Of a DNA stretch of 64,000 nucleotides, positions 24,357 to 37,500 are shown in pieces (within the stretch, counting starts at the first letter, position 1; every line of letters begins with the position of its first letter). The stretch spans positions 1-64,000 of the forward strand of contig JAQGDQ010000239.1 in assembly GCA_030141605.1 (NCBI GenBank). The letters run 5' to 3'. A model generated the notes under the pieces. That model was given only the letters and a program-made list of their open reading frames with translations. It was not told the DNA's origin and did not search any database. The translations under genes and the position numbers were made by a program. Source of the DNA: Tubiluchus corallicola. Lineage: Eukaryota; Animalia; Priapulida.

Positions 24357-27300
24357 CTACTGCAGTGACTCCATGACTTCCCAAGTCGAGTTGGTGAAAG
24401 GTAATGATCTGCAAAATTGAAATTACATGTATTATAATCGTGCCTAGTGAATGAGTTTTTAACTTAGTAAAAAAAGTAAATGATGTTTCCTACAGGTTTA
24501 TTATTATTACACAATAATATTACATTGTATATACTACCAAAGACATATAACGAGTTCTTGTATTGCTTTAAAGTCTTATAATGAAGCCTAGATTACAGAA
24601 TATACCAATTAATAGAAAATTCCAAAAAACTTTTACATAAAGTCTCTTTTGCATAAGTGGGGTAAATTATAAATGAAAGATACCCTGATGTGAAACACAC
24701 CTTACAGCCACCACCGAAATAATGATTGAAAAACTTGGACTGATCAGTACAAAAATTAACCAATGTTTTGTAAAACCTAAATTGAAATCATCATCATCAC
24801 ATGCCCATTACTTTAGTTTATTTACGTCTATTGTAGACATTGGGCAGGCAGAACTCTGAAATAAAAGAAATCTGCCTTAGACAGGTAAACGCAGCAGTAA
24901 TCCAGTAAGAAACTAGACACTGCTATGCCAGTGGCTTGTCAGCACTAAATTGGAATCATCATCATACGCCTGTCACGTTTATTGTAGACATTGAGCCGGC
25001 AGAATTCTAAAATAAAAGAATTTACTTGTCTGAAGGCAGACTAAATTGGAATCATCATCATCATCATACGCCCGTCACGTCTATTGTAGACATTGGGCAG
25101 GCAGAATTCTAAAATAAAAGAAATCTGCCTTCAGACAGGTAAACGCATCAGTAATCCAGCAAAAAAACTAGACACTGCTACGCCAGTGGCTTGTCAGCAC
25201 CACTTCCGTTCTAAATTGGAATCATCATCATCATACGCCAGTCACGTCTATTGTAGACATTGGGCAGGCAGAATTCTAAAATAAAAAAAATCTGCCTTCA
25301 GACAGGTAAATGCAGCAGTAATCCAGTAAAAAAACTAAATTGGAAGAGCGATTCGGTTCGTTTGGCAATAGGACAAATCTTGGAAAAGTTGAAAACATAA
25401 CAACGTCTTCAGGTGAGCCGAGCTCACTGATAAAACCCAATTTACAGCCATGTTCACATCATTCAAACTTTTAAAGAAACACAACAAATTAAATTATTTT
25501 TGTTACAAAAAAAATCTATGCAGCAATTCTGTTTTTTTGTGGTTTGTGCAGCTGTTGGTATTAGACATGACTTGCATTGAACCACAGATAACCTTAATTA
25601 CAAGAGAAAGATTTCTTTAGGTCACGTGGCTTACGTAGACACACATGTTCAAAATTATTTACATACTGTTGCTTCAACAGTCTATACACACATCATACTA
25701 ATAATAATTATTATATATTAGGCTAGATAGCTATATGGCATCCTGAGCTTCAAAATTATTTGTTCATTTAAATTTTAAAATTTAGTAAGCATTTGATCGT
25801 TGAGCATTTTCAAGTTTTCCTTTTCAAAAAAAAAATTGTTACCCATTCCAAAGTCAAAATAATCACTTTATATCCAATTTCTCACCAAAGCAGTCAATAT
25901 GTAATGTTTTCAATATCAACCACTAACTGGTTAATTAGATTACGCTCACCACCCTTTCAGAATCATAAATTTTGGCAGCGATATTTAATTATAATGGTAT
26001 GATTAATCTTCTCAAATTTACTCATTATTTTGTCGGCTATCATATGATTTTACCATCATCATGATGATGTATACATAATATCACCATTCCTTCTTGTTGC
26101 GTATCTATGGCACGACACCAATAATAAAAATATAAATGAGGCATATCTCACATTTGAAAGCCATTACTTTATTTACTGTTCAATGTAGTTATGTTACTAC
26201 ACAGACAAAAACGTACAATATTTAATATTATCCCTAGCGATTTAAGAGTGCCAAATGCAAGAAATAATACTAACAAATAAAACAATGCAATTTATTATCT
26301 GTGTATGCACAATAAGAGCCTAACATCATGCTCGTACGAAAGTAGTATAAACTATACAATTAATATACAGTATAATACATTTTTCATGTGTTTTTAAGTA
26401 AATCCAGTAATACATACATACCATAACACAAAGTTTACTAACGACTAATAATTAGGCAAATAAGATGATGCAGTAAATACCAATCATAGTACTTAAATGA
26501 AAAGTTTGCTGTGCAAAAACAGCAGAGGAAACTATAGTGCAGTCCAAGATAGGGATCTGGGAGATGAGTTTTTCAAACTCGAGGCGTTGTATTGCTCGCG
26601 AGAACTGACATCTATGTTTCTCATGTTGGTACATCAAGAGTCAATAGAAACAAACTTATAAATTATTATGAAACACTATTAAACGTTGACTCAGTTCTCA
26701 AATAAGTGAATAAATACAGAACATCATACATACTGATGAATTTTCCTTAAAAAAAGAATTGTTGAAAAGAACACAGTTATTGCTTAAAAGAATCTAACAC
26801 ATCAATGACAAAATATTTTTTGTGTCTTGCTAAAAGTAAAATCACAAAGCACATTTTACAAAGTTAACCCTTTCCAGTTTTAAACCTTAAAGACTTCAGT
26901 TCTCAGTGATTCCTTAGTACTGCTCTAGCTGTAGGTGTAAAAACACCATGCACATATTACAGTGGTTTAGGCACCATTAGTAAAAATATACAACAAAATT
27001 AATATTCAATGTTGTAGTGTTTCACGATATAGTAATACCGCTTTATACCACCTATTAGACTGGAACAAAAGTGAGTGGTGTAGCGATTGTGGAATATAAC
27101 AAGATCATTAATACATACATGTCTATGCAAATATAGATATTTTGTTTTGTTAAAAATTTGGATAACGAGGTCTGACTGTATCACTTTCCTATTCAGAACT
27201 AATACACCCATATATGAAACAATTAAAACAATGCTTATTTGTTAGGGGAAAACTGAAAGAGTAACTAGTACAGATGTGAATCCATATTTAGTAATTATAA

Positions 27301-27749
27301 CCAACAACTCTAGTTATTTTCTCTTCTGTCACAGAGACTGAAGCAAACACATTCTTCAACAAAATTTTAAGCCTACTAGTTTATATGAAATTACCATTAA
27401 TTGTATAGTTAATTTGTTTAAAAAGGAAACGAAAAACTGTGAACACATTACGAACATTACACACTGTGAACAAAGCAAAACCAGCAATTATTAAACACAA
27501 ACACCTTAGAAAGCAGTAATACTAAAATGTGCTTTAAAATATCATCAACAGCAGTTGTAAAAATTTGTCTCATATCCAGCTCATCAATCAAATATGGTTA
27601 GCAGTGATTATACGTAATACTTGCTAAATATTTGCTAAACATTTTAGCAGCTTAACAGGACCACAAGTCTAATTAAAATACCTGTAGTCATTACCAAAAG
27701 AAGTTACTTCGTAAGTTACCCTCAGCCACCGAAAGTATTTCATAATCAT
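24357..27749 (-). CDS. Hypothetical 108-aa spliced ORF upstream of PIG-F; exons 27749-27682, 26611-26481, 24776-24701, 24408-24357
   Basis: Four AG/GT-bounded segments join in compatible phases (2,1,2) into one open frame. The acceptor at 26612 has a poor pyrimidine tract and no family is firmly recognised, so these could instead be 5'UTR exons or chance. Confidence 0.3.
24777..25345. repeat. Tandem ~170-bp repeat (units start 24777, 24945, 25041, 25211, stub at 25335) with an internal inversion
   Basis: Recurring ctaaattggaatcatcatc...gtctattgtagacattgggcaggcagaattctaaaataaaagaaatctgccttcagacaggtaaa. Segment 25021-25040 is an inverted copy of part of the unit. Confidence 0.9.
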
Positions 27750-28280
27750 GCAAATACTAGCAACGGGATGTAATTGTGCCCCTCTAAAAATACAGAAGAA
27801 ACAATACAGCCCTTTTTGTTCACTAAACCTATGACATATGTTTCACAGCTTTGCTGAAATACTGAAAGCTGTTAAGTGTACAAATGAAAAATTGTAAGAA
27901 GAAAATTGTTAGAAGACACTTTTCTGTTTTATAAGTTACATTATATCACTTAATTTGTGAACCTAAGACCTACTATAGGTTTTTTCGACAACAACAGTAA
28001 ATTTTAAAGCCAACTGACATGCACTATAAAAATATTTAGCAGCAGCATTTTTCTTTTACTTTTTAATTGCTGCCTATATCAAATAATAGCTAAAGTCAAT
28101 ATGATGACAATACCTGCACTAGGGTAAAATCATACCCCACCAGGTTGCAATTAATATTATAATTTAAGTAACTGATGGAAGGACAACCAAACATTAGGTG
28201 CTAATAGCAGATAAATAATTTAAACACAGAAAAGATCAGGACTGTGGCTCCATGACGAAATGATACAATTAAATACAAAT

Positions 28281-28910
28281 TAGGGATGCACAGGAACCAG
28301 TTTTGCCAGATCCGGATCATGATCTCCATGTGCCGAATCCAGTTCGGGTTCCGGATCTACAAGTTAATGTAAATGATATTAAATTTTCATTTGTTTAGCC
28401 CTTTGTGCATGTAGTGTGGCATCACTGGTCCATTTTCAGGGTCACTGAATAATTTTAAGTGTAACGTTATACGTTGATGTATAATTGATCTGCCCTTGAT
28501 TTGCCTGCCAAAACTGCCAAACTATGCTTTTACTGGAAGTAGACATTTTTGCGGCATAGCACTATCCTTGCATACTCTTTGTTGCATGGAACCACAACAT
28601 GAAGATTATTGGTATCTCTTGCACTACAATCATAGTGGCATAAAACTAATTGATACATTCATAAATTTCTGAAGATTTTTATAGAAATCCTGCAAATATT
28701 TTAAAAAATTAAGAGTACTGAGGTAATTAAACTTGTTTTTTATATTTTTTCTTGCCCACTCTAATTTCTTCACAATCAGTGTGCAAATGTTAGCTTTACG
28801 CAAAGAAAATTAGAAATAACAGTGCAAAACCAGGCAAACATTTTTGCTGGATCCTGATCCATTAAAATTATCAGATCTCTGGATCCTTAACCAGATAAAT
28901 TTCTTCCCTA
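28281..28910. mobile_element. hAT-Ac-like non-autonomous element (old)
   Basis: TAGGGATG ... TTCCCTA termini with clustered (c)cggatc(c)/ggatcc subterminal motifs at both ends. The TSD is only partly recognisable. Confidence 0.55.
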
Positions 28911-29291
28911 CCAAATAAAGATGCTTGAAGTGTCTTGCCCCCTCCCCCAATTTCCAGTGGCTGAGAGTTTAACCCGTTTTGTGATACCTCACAATTTACA
29001 GAGAATTTTGCTGTTCACAAACTTATAATAAAATAACTTACATATAAGCAATTAATCAATCTATAAATCACAATTTTGGGTGTAACAAAAATATGGATTT
29101 ATGACATTACAAAATGATGAAAGAAAAACAAACAAGGTGACAGTGTAAAAGATTTAATGAATTAATAATGAGACTACAAATCTTTCACCAACTTTTACAA
29201 AATGCACCAATTTCCAGAAGGCAAGTAAAGCATACAAAGTTGCTATAAATAATTCACTTTGTTTACAAAACTTTCTGGTATATCGTGATTA

Positions 29292-30711
29292 TTACAAACC
29301 AGGACTAGTGCTGTTGACACTAGCATGACTGATGGCACCTTGACTGTGTACAGCAAGAATAGTGTTTGCCTTCTTTTTACTCTCACTTCTCACTCTGAAC
29401 ACTTCTAGGATGGCCACTCGAAAACAATGAAAATTGTAATCAATTAAACCTGAAAGTAGCAGAAAACACGTATAAGATTAACAATAGGTTTGCAACTCTA
29501 CTACGCTAAAAGTTATAGTTGATAACATGTCAGATAGACAATAAAGATAATGCAAAATATAGTCAGTCAGTTGACACACAGGTTCCTAAGAACATTACAT
29601 TAGCTAAGACAGTGCCAGTTCAAAGATGTTTAAGAGAAGTTTTTCCTAATTTTACTTAATCTGAAACACTGAAGATTAAAAATGACTTAAAAGCAACGTC
29701 TTGGCTAAAATATTAACAACAAACTTGTTACTTATAAAATATAAATAAGTAGTAAATAGGTAAATTTTATGCACATGTGCACAAGATTTATTGCTAACAG
29801 TTATGTTGTTATATCTGTGATGCAAATCACAAGTAAAAAGTGACGAAATGCACACACATACTGAATATATATATATGGTGATTATAAACAACCTTAAATG
29901 GATCCACAAAACGGTAAATTACAACTCACTACACCGCTGTTACAACTGGCTATTTATACGTATCAATTAGATTTTCAACTTAGACATCAAAAAAGTATAT
30001 TCTAAAGACCTAGTTCAGTATTGTGAATACTTGCGTACTGCAAAATGATAGTGTATTTGTGCTCACCTTGTCTATCAAAGTTATCTTCCCGTAACACACA
30101 AACCAATGCTAAATAACGATTAACTTCACGTAAGTACAAGACTGTATTTTGGCTCAACTTGATAATAGATGATGACTGTATATCAAATGCACTGCCCTCA
30201 TGATCTTCAGTCAGTCTAAATCAAGAGTTTGAAAGGAACAGTTTTAGCCTGATAATATACTGATAAACTTGATAGTTGTATTTTGTGCACGTGTTCATTT
30301 TATTTGAAAGTGTGTATCAATATTATAAAAATACATTAAAATGATAATTAATTACCTAGAACTCTGTAATTAGCCATTCTTTTGTATGAAAACTAAAGAA
30401 GTGCCTTTTAATCAGCTAGGTAATACTTCATATTACTTTTCTTTATCTAATATCAAGAAATGACAAAATGCTTAAATAGCACTGCCAAAAAGTCAACATA
30501 GCATAGTGGAAAGTAGAAATATTTTTCAGTATCAGGTGTACTTCTTTCAAAAATTGTAACCACTCATTTTCTATAGAAAGCTTCAATTTTCTGACTTTAA
30601 ACCTTTCATAGGAATTTCTTGGATTTGTTTACGATATAACAAAAAATGATCATTGCAACATGACAGCTACTAGAGAATTTCAGACCAGAGAGAAACTATT
30701 ATTTTAATATA

Positions 30712-30743
<32 letters not shown>

Positions 30744-33700
30744 CCATATATACAGGAAATATCAACAACGACATCTATCATATCGCAACATAATTCGTAT
30801 GATTGCATGTCAACAGGTGAGCTATCCGTTGCAATATAAATCTTACTAACAACATCAAACAGGAATGCTTTCTCTATACCAGAATTCTGCAAAGATGATC
30901 AGACTTCGGTTTATGAATCACTAATAAGTAACTATGTTCAGGAAAACAGAATACAAAACATCTTTTGGTACAGACAAAAAGTTTCATTATTTTAAAAATT
31001 ATCAGAAAGCTCCCCAAAAAATTCGTTTTTTATAATTTGATTTTTACAGATTTTTATGTAGAATCTTCACCTAAATGCAAAGAAACTACTGCTGGTTGCA
31101 ACTCACTGATCCATGATCAACCATCATGTAAAATGCAATGCCAAAACACTGAACATTGATGTCTAAAAAACTCTGCACAATTCAAATCATTCATAAAAAA
31201 CTCTGCACAATTCAGATCATTCATGTCCACTGACATTGTCTGAATCAAGTGGTTATCTGTATTAAACTAAGAAAAACAGCATGTAGACCATGCATTAGTA
31301 GATCCACTCGTACATTACTTTGCATACAATCATTTAACTTATGTAACAACATGTTTTTATTTTTTATTAAACTGTACAGGAACAAAATCTGTGCTGCTGA
31401 ATTCATACGTAATGAGCACTGAACAGCGCCAGTTAAACAATGTGTACTAAACATCACATAAAAATTATTCTGGAAATGAACGTTTCGTAATAATAATTTG
31501 GCACACTGTTCAATATTACAATTCTTTACAAACTGTTAGTAATAAAGTAAACAATCACTTTAATATAGCTATGCAAGACATACATACTTACTGTTATTAA
31601 AATATTAAGTAAGTTTTCCAAAGTTGGTAGTTGTGGAATAAGTTTTTGCACCACTTTACTAAAGGCTTCAAATATGGAGTGGTCATATATACTTGTTAAA
31701 TGAAAGCTGTAATAAAAGAAATGTAACACAATTTTAAAAGAATTTCACTTATAACATCTTTCTTTTCTAAGGTAAAACTAAATTATATAATTAAAAACAT
31801 TGGTTAAATGAAGGGAATTTTCTAGTGTATTTTTGCTTTTACCAATTATTCACTTTATTTTTCTTATAGCTTTCCACAAAAATAAAATTTAGTGAGATGA
31901 TAAATGATCATTAGCTCTTGAGACATTTGTAAAAATTAGGTTAATATTCTATTTTGCAGATTTTGTTAATTTGTAAGCTGCAACACTTATCTGAAAAACT
32001 GTAATACAAAGACAATACAAAGACAATTGCACTACAACATTTAGATGCTTTCTAGGCTTTGCTGTTTTTAGGATTGGCATCTCAGCATCACTTACAAAAA
32101 ATTAGCAAGTATTTTGACAAAATCTCATCATTACTAAAATTTGACCCTCAAAATCCAGTATATTCATAAAGCAATGTTCATTATTTGCAAAATCATGACA
32201 ATTATGATGACGATGATGATGATAGCAGGCATGATCAGTTCATACCTTAAATGAATTGCTTCTAGGCCAGCATCTGCTAATTCATCATTTGCTCGTTGAT
32301 GAATGTCTCTCTGTGTTTCAATTTTGTGATCGTCCGATAGACCATCAACTTTGTGAATGAAAACATCAAACTTTATTGCTGGATTTACTTTATATGCCCT
32401 GGTTACTGTCATGTGCAGCCGTGCCAATGCTTCCATGTAATCATCCTATAAAAGTAAATAACATAATTTTGTATGAAGTTTAAATCAGTTTAGCAGTGAT
32501 TGAGAAATGACTATATTACAAAATCAGATGGATACAGGTATGCTCTAGTATTCGCAAATTTCTCATTCACAGCTTCATCCATCTCCTGGTGCAGTTGGTG
32601 GTATAAATAAAATTTATAGAAAAGGTGAAATCCCATCTTTTTATATTGTTTATAGTTTGCATAGATGAAACTGTAAATGTAATTATTATGTAGAGATACA
32701 TGTGCCACATTGCTGAATTGCACCACCTAGTGTCATAAACTAGCAGACATATGGGTGAGTTTCTGATTTGCATGGATTTCTGAAAAATTTCTATGTTCTA
32801 CTTACTGAACATAGTTCTTCTTTTCCATTATGACCCATCATTTTAATAAAAGCTCTAAGCATTTCTTTACTGCTTTCTCATTTTGCAGCTTTTCAACACG
32901 TACAATAAAACATTAAATGAACCACTGTAAATACAGAAATATGCCTGAATCCTGAACTGAAATGAGTATTGCAATCAAGAACAATACAAAATTATTGTTT
33001 TCTAAGTCAGAACTAAAACTAAACATCAGTACGTAAAATACTAAAAATTCTGTAACTTTACCAATCAAAAACGTTTTACCCAAAACACTTTTACCTGAGC
33101 ATCAAGTACAAATACAAGAGAATCGCATCTGCCAAACATGGTCTCGGAATCGAACGCAGGATCAAAAAAATCTATTTGTCCAGGAAAATCCCAGATTTGA
33201 AATTGCACAAAAGAACTGTTTGATATATCTGCAAAACACATTTAGAAAGATGCTGCAATGCAAAATTCACAAATTTCATTTATTTTCTGAATAGTCATAA
33301 ATGCGAAGCCTAAGAGCTTAATTAACTGTGTTACAAAATACGACTATTCAGTAAAATATAGCATAATCAATAATTTAATGAATAAACTTAAATCTAACTT
33401 CTGTAAGCCAGTGCAAGAGCAGCTACCATTAAAATTATTAAACAAGTTTAACATTTCATAAAAGAATAATAATATTAGTCTGTTCAAACTATTTACAGTA
33501 AATTATAAAATAGTGACTGAAATGGATTTATAGTTATGATTTAAACTTTAGTAGGTATTAGAACTAAATTTAAATTTAGGAAACTACTATTACTCCTAAA
33601 ATTGATGGAAGCTCCACAAAGCATTTTTAAATTTTAGACGTATAACATGGATATTAAATATGACCACTGATAAGCATAATGAGTAAAACAAGGCAAAACT

Positions 33701-36700
33701 AATTAAGCTGACATTTTATTTTTTACAGAAACGTTAACAATACAATTTTTTTATAGTTGTGAATTACAATGTTTAGTAAGACCAGCACTACTTCTTAAGG
33801 AACTATAGCATAAACATGATAAAGCACGCCAGATTCTTTAACGACACACAGTCAAACCTCGATATAACACTACCACCTCTTTATAATGCCAACCTCACTT
33901 AATGCCTATGTTTTTAGCAAAACAAAATGTCTGCATTTGAATAGATGTGTATTAATGCACCTCGTTATAATGCCAATGTCCCTTAATGCCAACTTTTTTG
34001 CAGTCCCAAAGTAGATGGTATACAGAGGTTTGACTGTATATGGATTCTGTTATGCAACTTGCAGAAAGTACAGCAACTTCCTAAAGAGGAAGAGGAAAAA
34101 TAAAGTAGCCTTCAAACTGCAGTACTTACCATCTTTGACAATTTTATTTGTGCTTTCTAAAAACAGAGTTTCATTTGGTGACATCTTATGAAACACAACT
34201 TTTTGGATGGAGGATTTTCCACTCCTAAAATCGATTAAAATTGTACTTTACATGGTAAAAACAAATAAAGTCACTTTTCCAATGCCAGTAACTTACGTAA
34301 GCAAGTAACCATAATCCCTCCTATATAGCCAAGATTATAAAAATTGTATGCAAGAGCATTAGAAATTTGCTTAGAATTTAAAAATGTTTGTACAGACTAA
34401 CCTACGAAGACCCATTAATAGTATTCTAGGTTTTGTATCGTCCGCTTGCGCACGATCCAGATCTACTTCATCCCTTGTTCCATAACCAAAATCATTAGGA
34501 AAAGACCCGGCTACCAAATCTGGATATTGTTGTCCAGAAAATCCCTCGTCATCATCATATGCAGCCTATTATACGAAAGACATAATTAAGTGAATTTGAG
34601 ATTAAGTGACAATATCTCCATATATTTCCAGTATTTCAAAAAATGATTGCACAAGTAGAAGTTGTGTACTACAGTTAGTGCAGATGTGCTAATAATAACA
34701 ACATAAAAGATTTAAAAAAACACAGTTCTAAACAATAGCAGCCAGGAAATATAAACGTGCTGCAAATTCAGACTCTGTTAAGGTGTCCAATGTTCTAATG
34801 CCACAGTATGTGCATTTATTTGCTGTATACTGAGCTGACTATAATTTGACAAATCACAATTTTGTCATCAATTACTTCGATCCACTATATGTGGGATAGA
34901 TGAAAAACATTTAAAAATGAGCTGCGAATGTCTTAGCGTGGCATAACTGGTATCTCTTGTTGCACTTCTTTATTAATGCAGCATGATTAAATTTACTGAT
35001 TTATTATCATTCCTGTTTTTTAAATGACTCACAGGCAGATTGCCTTATGACACTCAAAATATTGATCACTTTTACGTTTACCATAGAAAGAAAATGAATG
35101 GGGCAGAATCACAGAGTTACTCCCTACACTTTATGGATGGTTAGTTTTGAATCTGCATCAGGTACACTGTCTGTCTTAAAAGCAACTGTGCGCCAGTGGC
35201 GTTTTGGCCCTACGGTTTAGCAGGGTATATCAATCACCACTAGAAATAAAATCAGTGCATTTGTACAAAAGCCACGAGCTGTGCAATTGCTAACTAAAGT
35301 ACGGTTGCGAAATCGTTGATTCAAGTAACTAGTCCGGCTTTATCTGAAATGTTTTTGTGAATTGCAATAGTAATACTAAAACACATATATAGCAATTCAG
35401 TAACTTCTGATCTAAGTAAAATATAGTTTTCACGAAATCTAGCCAGAAAAATTAATATTATTTTATTACTGTACATGCATTAACCAAGAAAATGTACCTA
35501 GCAGCTAATTCAGCTATGACGATACTAATAATATTTACTTGTACAACACAAATTTCATTCGGGGAAGTACTCGTCACACTCATACTGTTCATACAGTCTA
35601 ATGGAAGACCATCCAGCCCCAGGACAGGACTCATAGTTTCCATACAGTTACAGTTTAATAAGTAAATTAATTGCCTCATACTCGAGGTATTTCAAGATTA
35701 TTTTCTGCCGCAGATCTATGATACCTTGTCTGGTGCAATTTTTGTAAATCCTGAAACAGCATTTATTGATGTTTTATTTGTTTTAATTGTCAATTAGTAG
35801 TTCCTGGCTGAGGCTGTTTACTGTACTGCCTCTGCCTTATGTGAAGTCATAGCACCGAGTGTCTTAACAGGCGATCGTATTTGCTATAGTACCAATGGTG
35901 TTCTATTTAAGTTGCCATATCACATAAAAATATGCATCAGAGCTGTTTAAAAAGTTAGGAAATACGTAATCCCGCCTATGCTATAAGAGAAAATAACTTA
36001 AAAAATACTGTCATAGGAAGTTCAAATAGATAAACTGCTCCTGTTTACATTTTTTAGAAGTTTTGCATGCACCTGGCAGGCAGAAAAATATTTAGCAATG
36101 AGTAAACCCATGATTTACCAGCATAATGTTAGCATTTTTTAATGATTCAGTCAACAAACAGTTTAACACAGAATTTAATTTTTAATAGGATGAATAACAA
36201 TAAAAAGCAGATGTAAGGGCAGGAATAAATAAACTTATGACAGACTCCAAAACACGTAGGTAAATGATCTTTTTACATTGACTATTAACAAAAAAACATG
36301 ATGCAGTCACAAACAAAGTTATACAGCACAAAAATGAGTTCATTTTGATTTTTTTGACTAACGGACAGTTACATGACCTACTGTATTAATTCTTATTGTA
36401 CTACAAACTCCAAAATTAAGATCACTAAAGCATAACAAGAAGAAGATGTACAATGATTTATTATTTTCGATCTTAACTTAAAACTATTATATCGACGTAT
36501 TTCTTGTAAAATCGTTAGTTTTTCTACAACACAAAAGAATATTAACTGCAAAATGTTACTTGGATTCCAGATATGGTGTAACTATAACACAGATGATTAC
36601 TTTAAATGACTCACAGTTAAATGGCCTTGTTCATTAGTCCTTATTGCACTACAACCTCCAAAATTAATTAGAATAAACTATAATAAGAAGTTTATGCATT

Positions 36701-37500
36701 GTAATTTATTACCACATTTCAATTCATTTTTCCAGTTAATTCTATTTTTATAGATTCTGCTGCTAAAGCTGCATCATGCGGTATACTTAGTTCATACTTA
36801 TGGGTAAATTTTTTACTTATTAAATTTAATCTCTATATAATATATTAACTATGTTTTCCTCTAGGCTCATTACCTAGCATACATTCCTCTAGAGTCAATA
36901 CGTTATTGCAATCTCCTACAGCTACACCTTGGACATATGAAAGTTCTAATATAACCTACTATAAGTGACCATATGGTCGACACGCTATTCATACAGCATG
37001 CTTTTGTAATTGCCCTTACTATCATATAAAGATACTCAGTCTGTTGTTGTATGTGTGGAATAAATATTTATATCATATCAGTTCAACATGTTTATTGTTG
37101 ACAAAAATATGTTTGCATGTAGGTCTGTAAATTTGTCTGCATCACAGTAATTACTGAGTAAATTCATTCATCGAGAACTTTAAAAAGCAAGTATTAAATT
37201 TGTACATAGGGCGCAAAACACAGCTATAATAAATCCTATAGTTTATTCAAGGCAATTACGAAAAAATTAACAGCAACAATATGCATAAATCCCATAAAAT
37301 TATGTGAACATAACATTAACAACATAGATTTTTGCTTCTGGAGCATATCTCAACGCTTTTACATTACATCTTATAGAAAATATAATTTCTTTCAATGATG
37401 TTTAGCTTAGGGACACATTTTACTGAACACATTAGGTTCGTTAAGCGAAGATTTATTGTATAGCTAAGTCACTAATGTGATGATAAGTTGGCCTTACCAT
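29292..37500 (-). CDS. RRAGC: Ras-related GTP-binding protein C/D (RagC/D, Gtr2 orthologue), 386 aa; coding exons 37500-37498, 34565-34402, 34224-34130, 33228-33095, 32445-32246, 31706-31592, 30886-30744, 30215-30067, 29449-29292
   Basis: Spliced translation contains [83 protein letters not shown] and [10 protein letters not shown]. All introns are GT-AG and phase-consistent. The ATG-only first exon (aaaaATG|gtaagg) is inferred. RagC and RagD are not distinguishable outside vertebrates. Confidence 0.95.
31164..31224. repeat. 30-bp tandem duplication in a RagC intron
   Basis: taaaaaactctgcacaattca(a/g)atcattca occurs twice in tandem. Confidence 0.9.
33849..34036. mobile_element. Short Tc1/pogo-type MITE (same family as 11725-12626)
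   Basis: CAGTCAAACCTC ... GAGGTTTGACTG|TA perfect 12-bp TIRs, with internal tataatgccaa repeats. Confidence 0.85.

Noticed and set aside
24675-24683. U12-like donor GTATCTTTC on the minus strand
   Set aside because: Deviates from RTATCCTTT, and no matching U12 branch site or gene model was found.
24777-25345. Repeat array as a CRISPR-like locus
   Set aside because: Units are long tandem copies without unique spacers; eukaryotic context and no cas genes.
25346-25430. CTGAAGA-containing hammerhead-like segment (minus strand) beside the tandem repeat
   Set aside because: GAAA and stems I/III cannot be formed convincingly.
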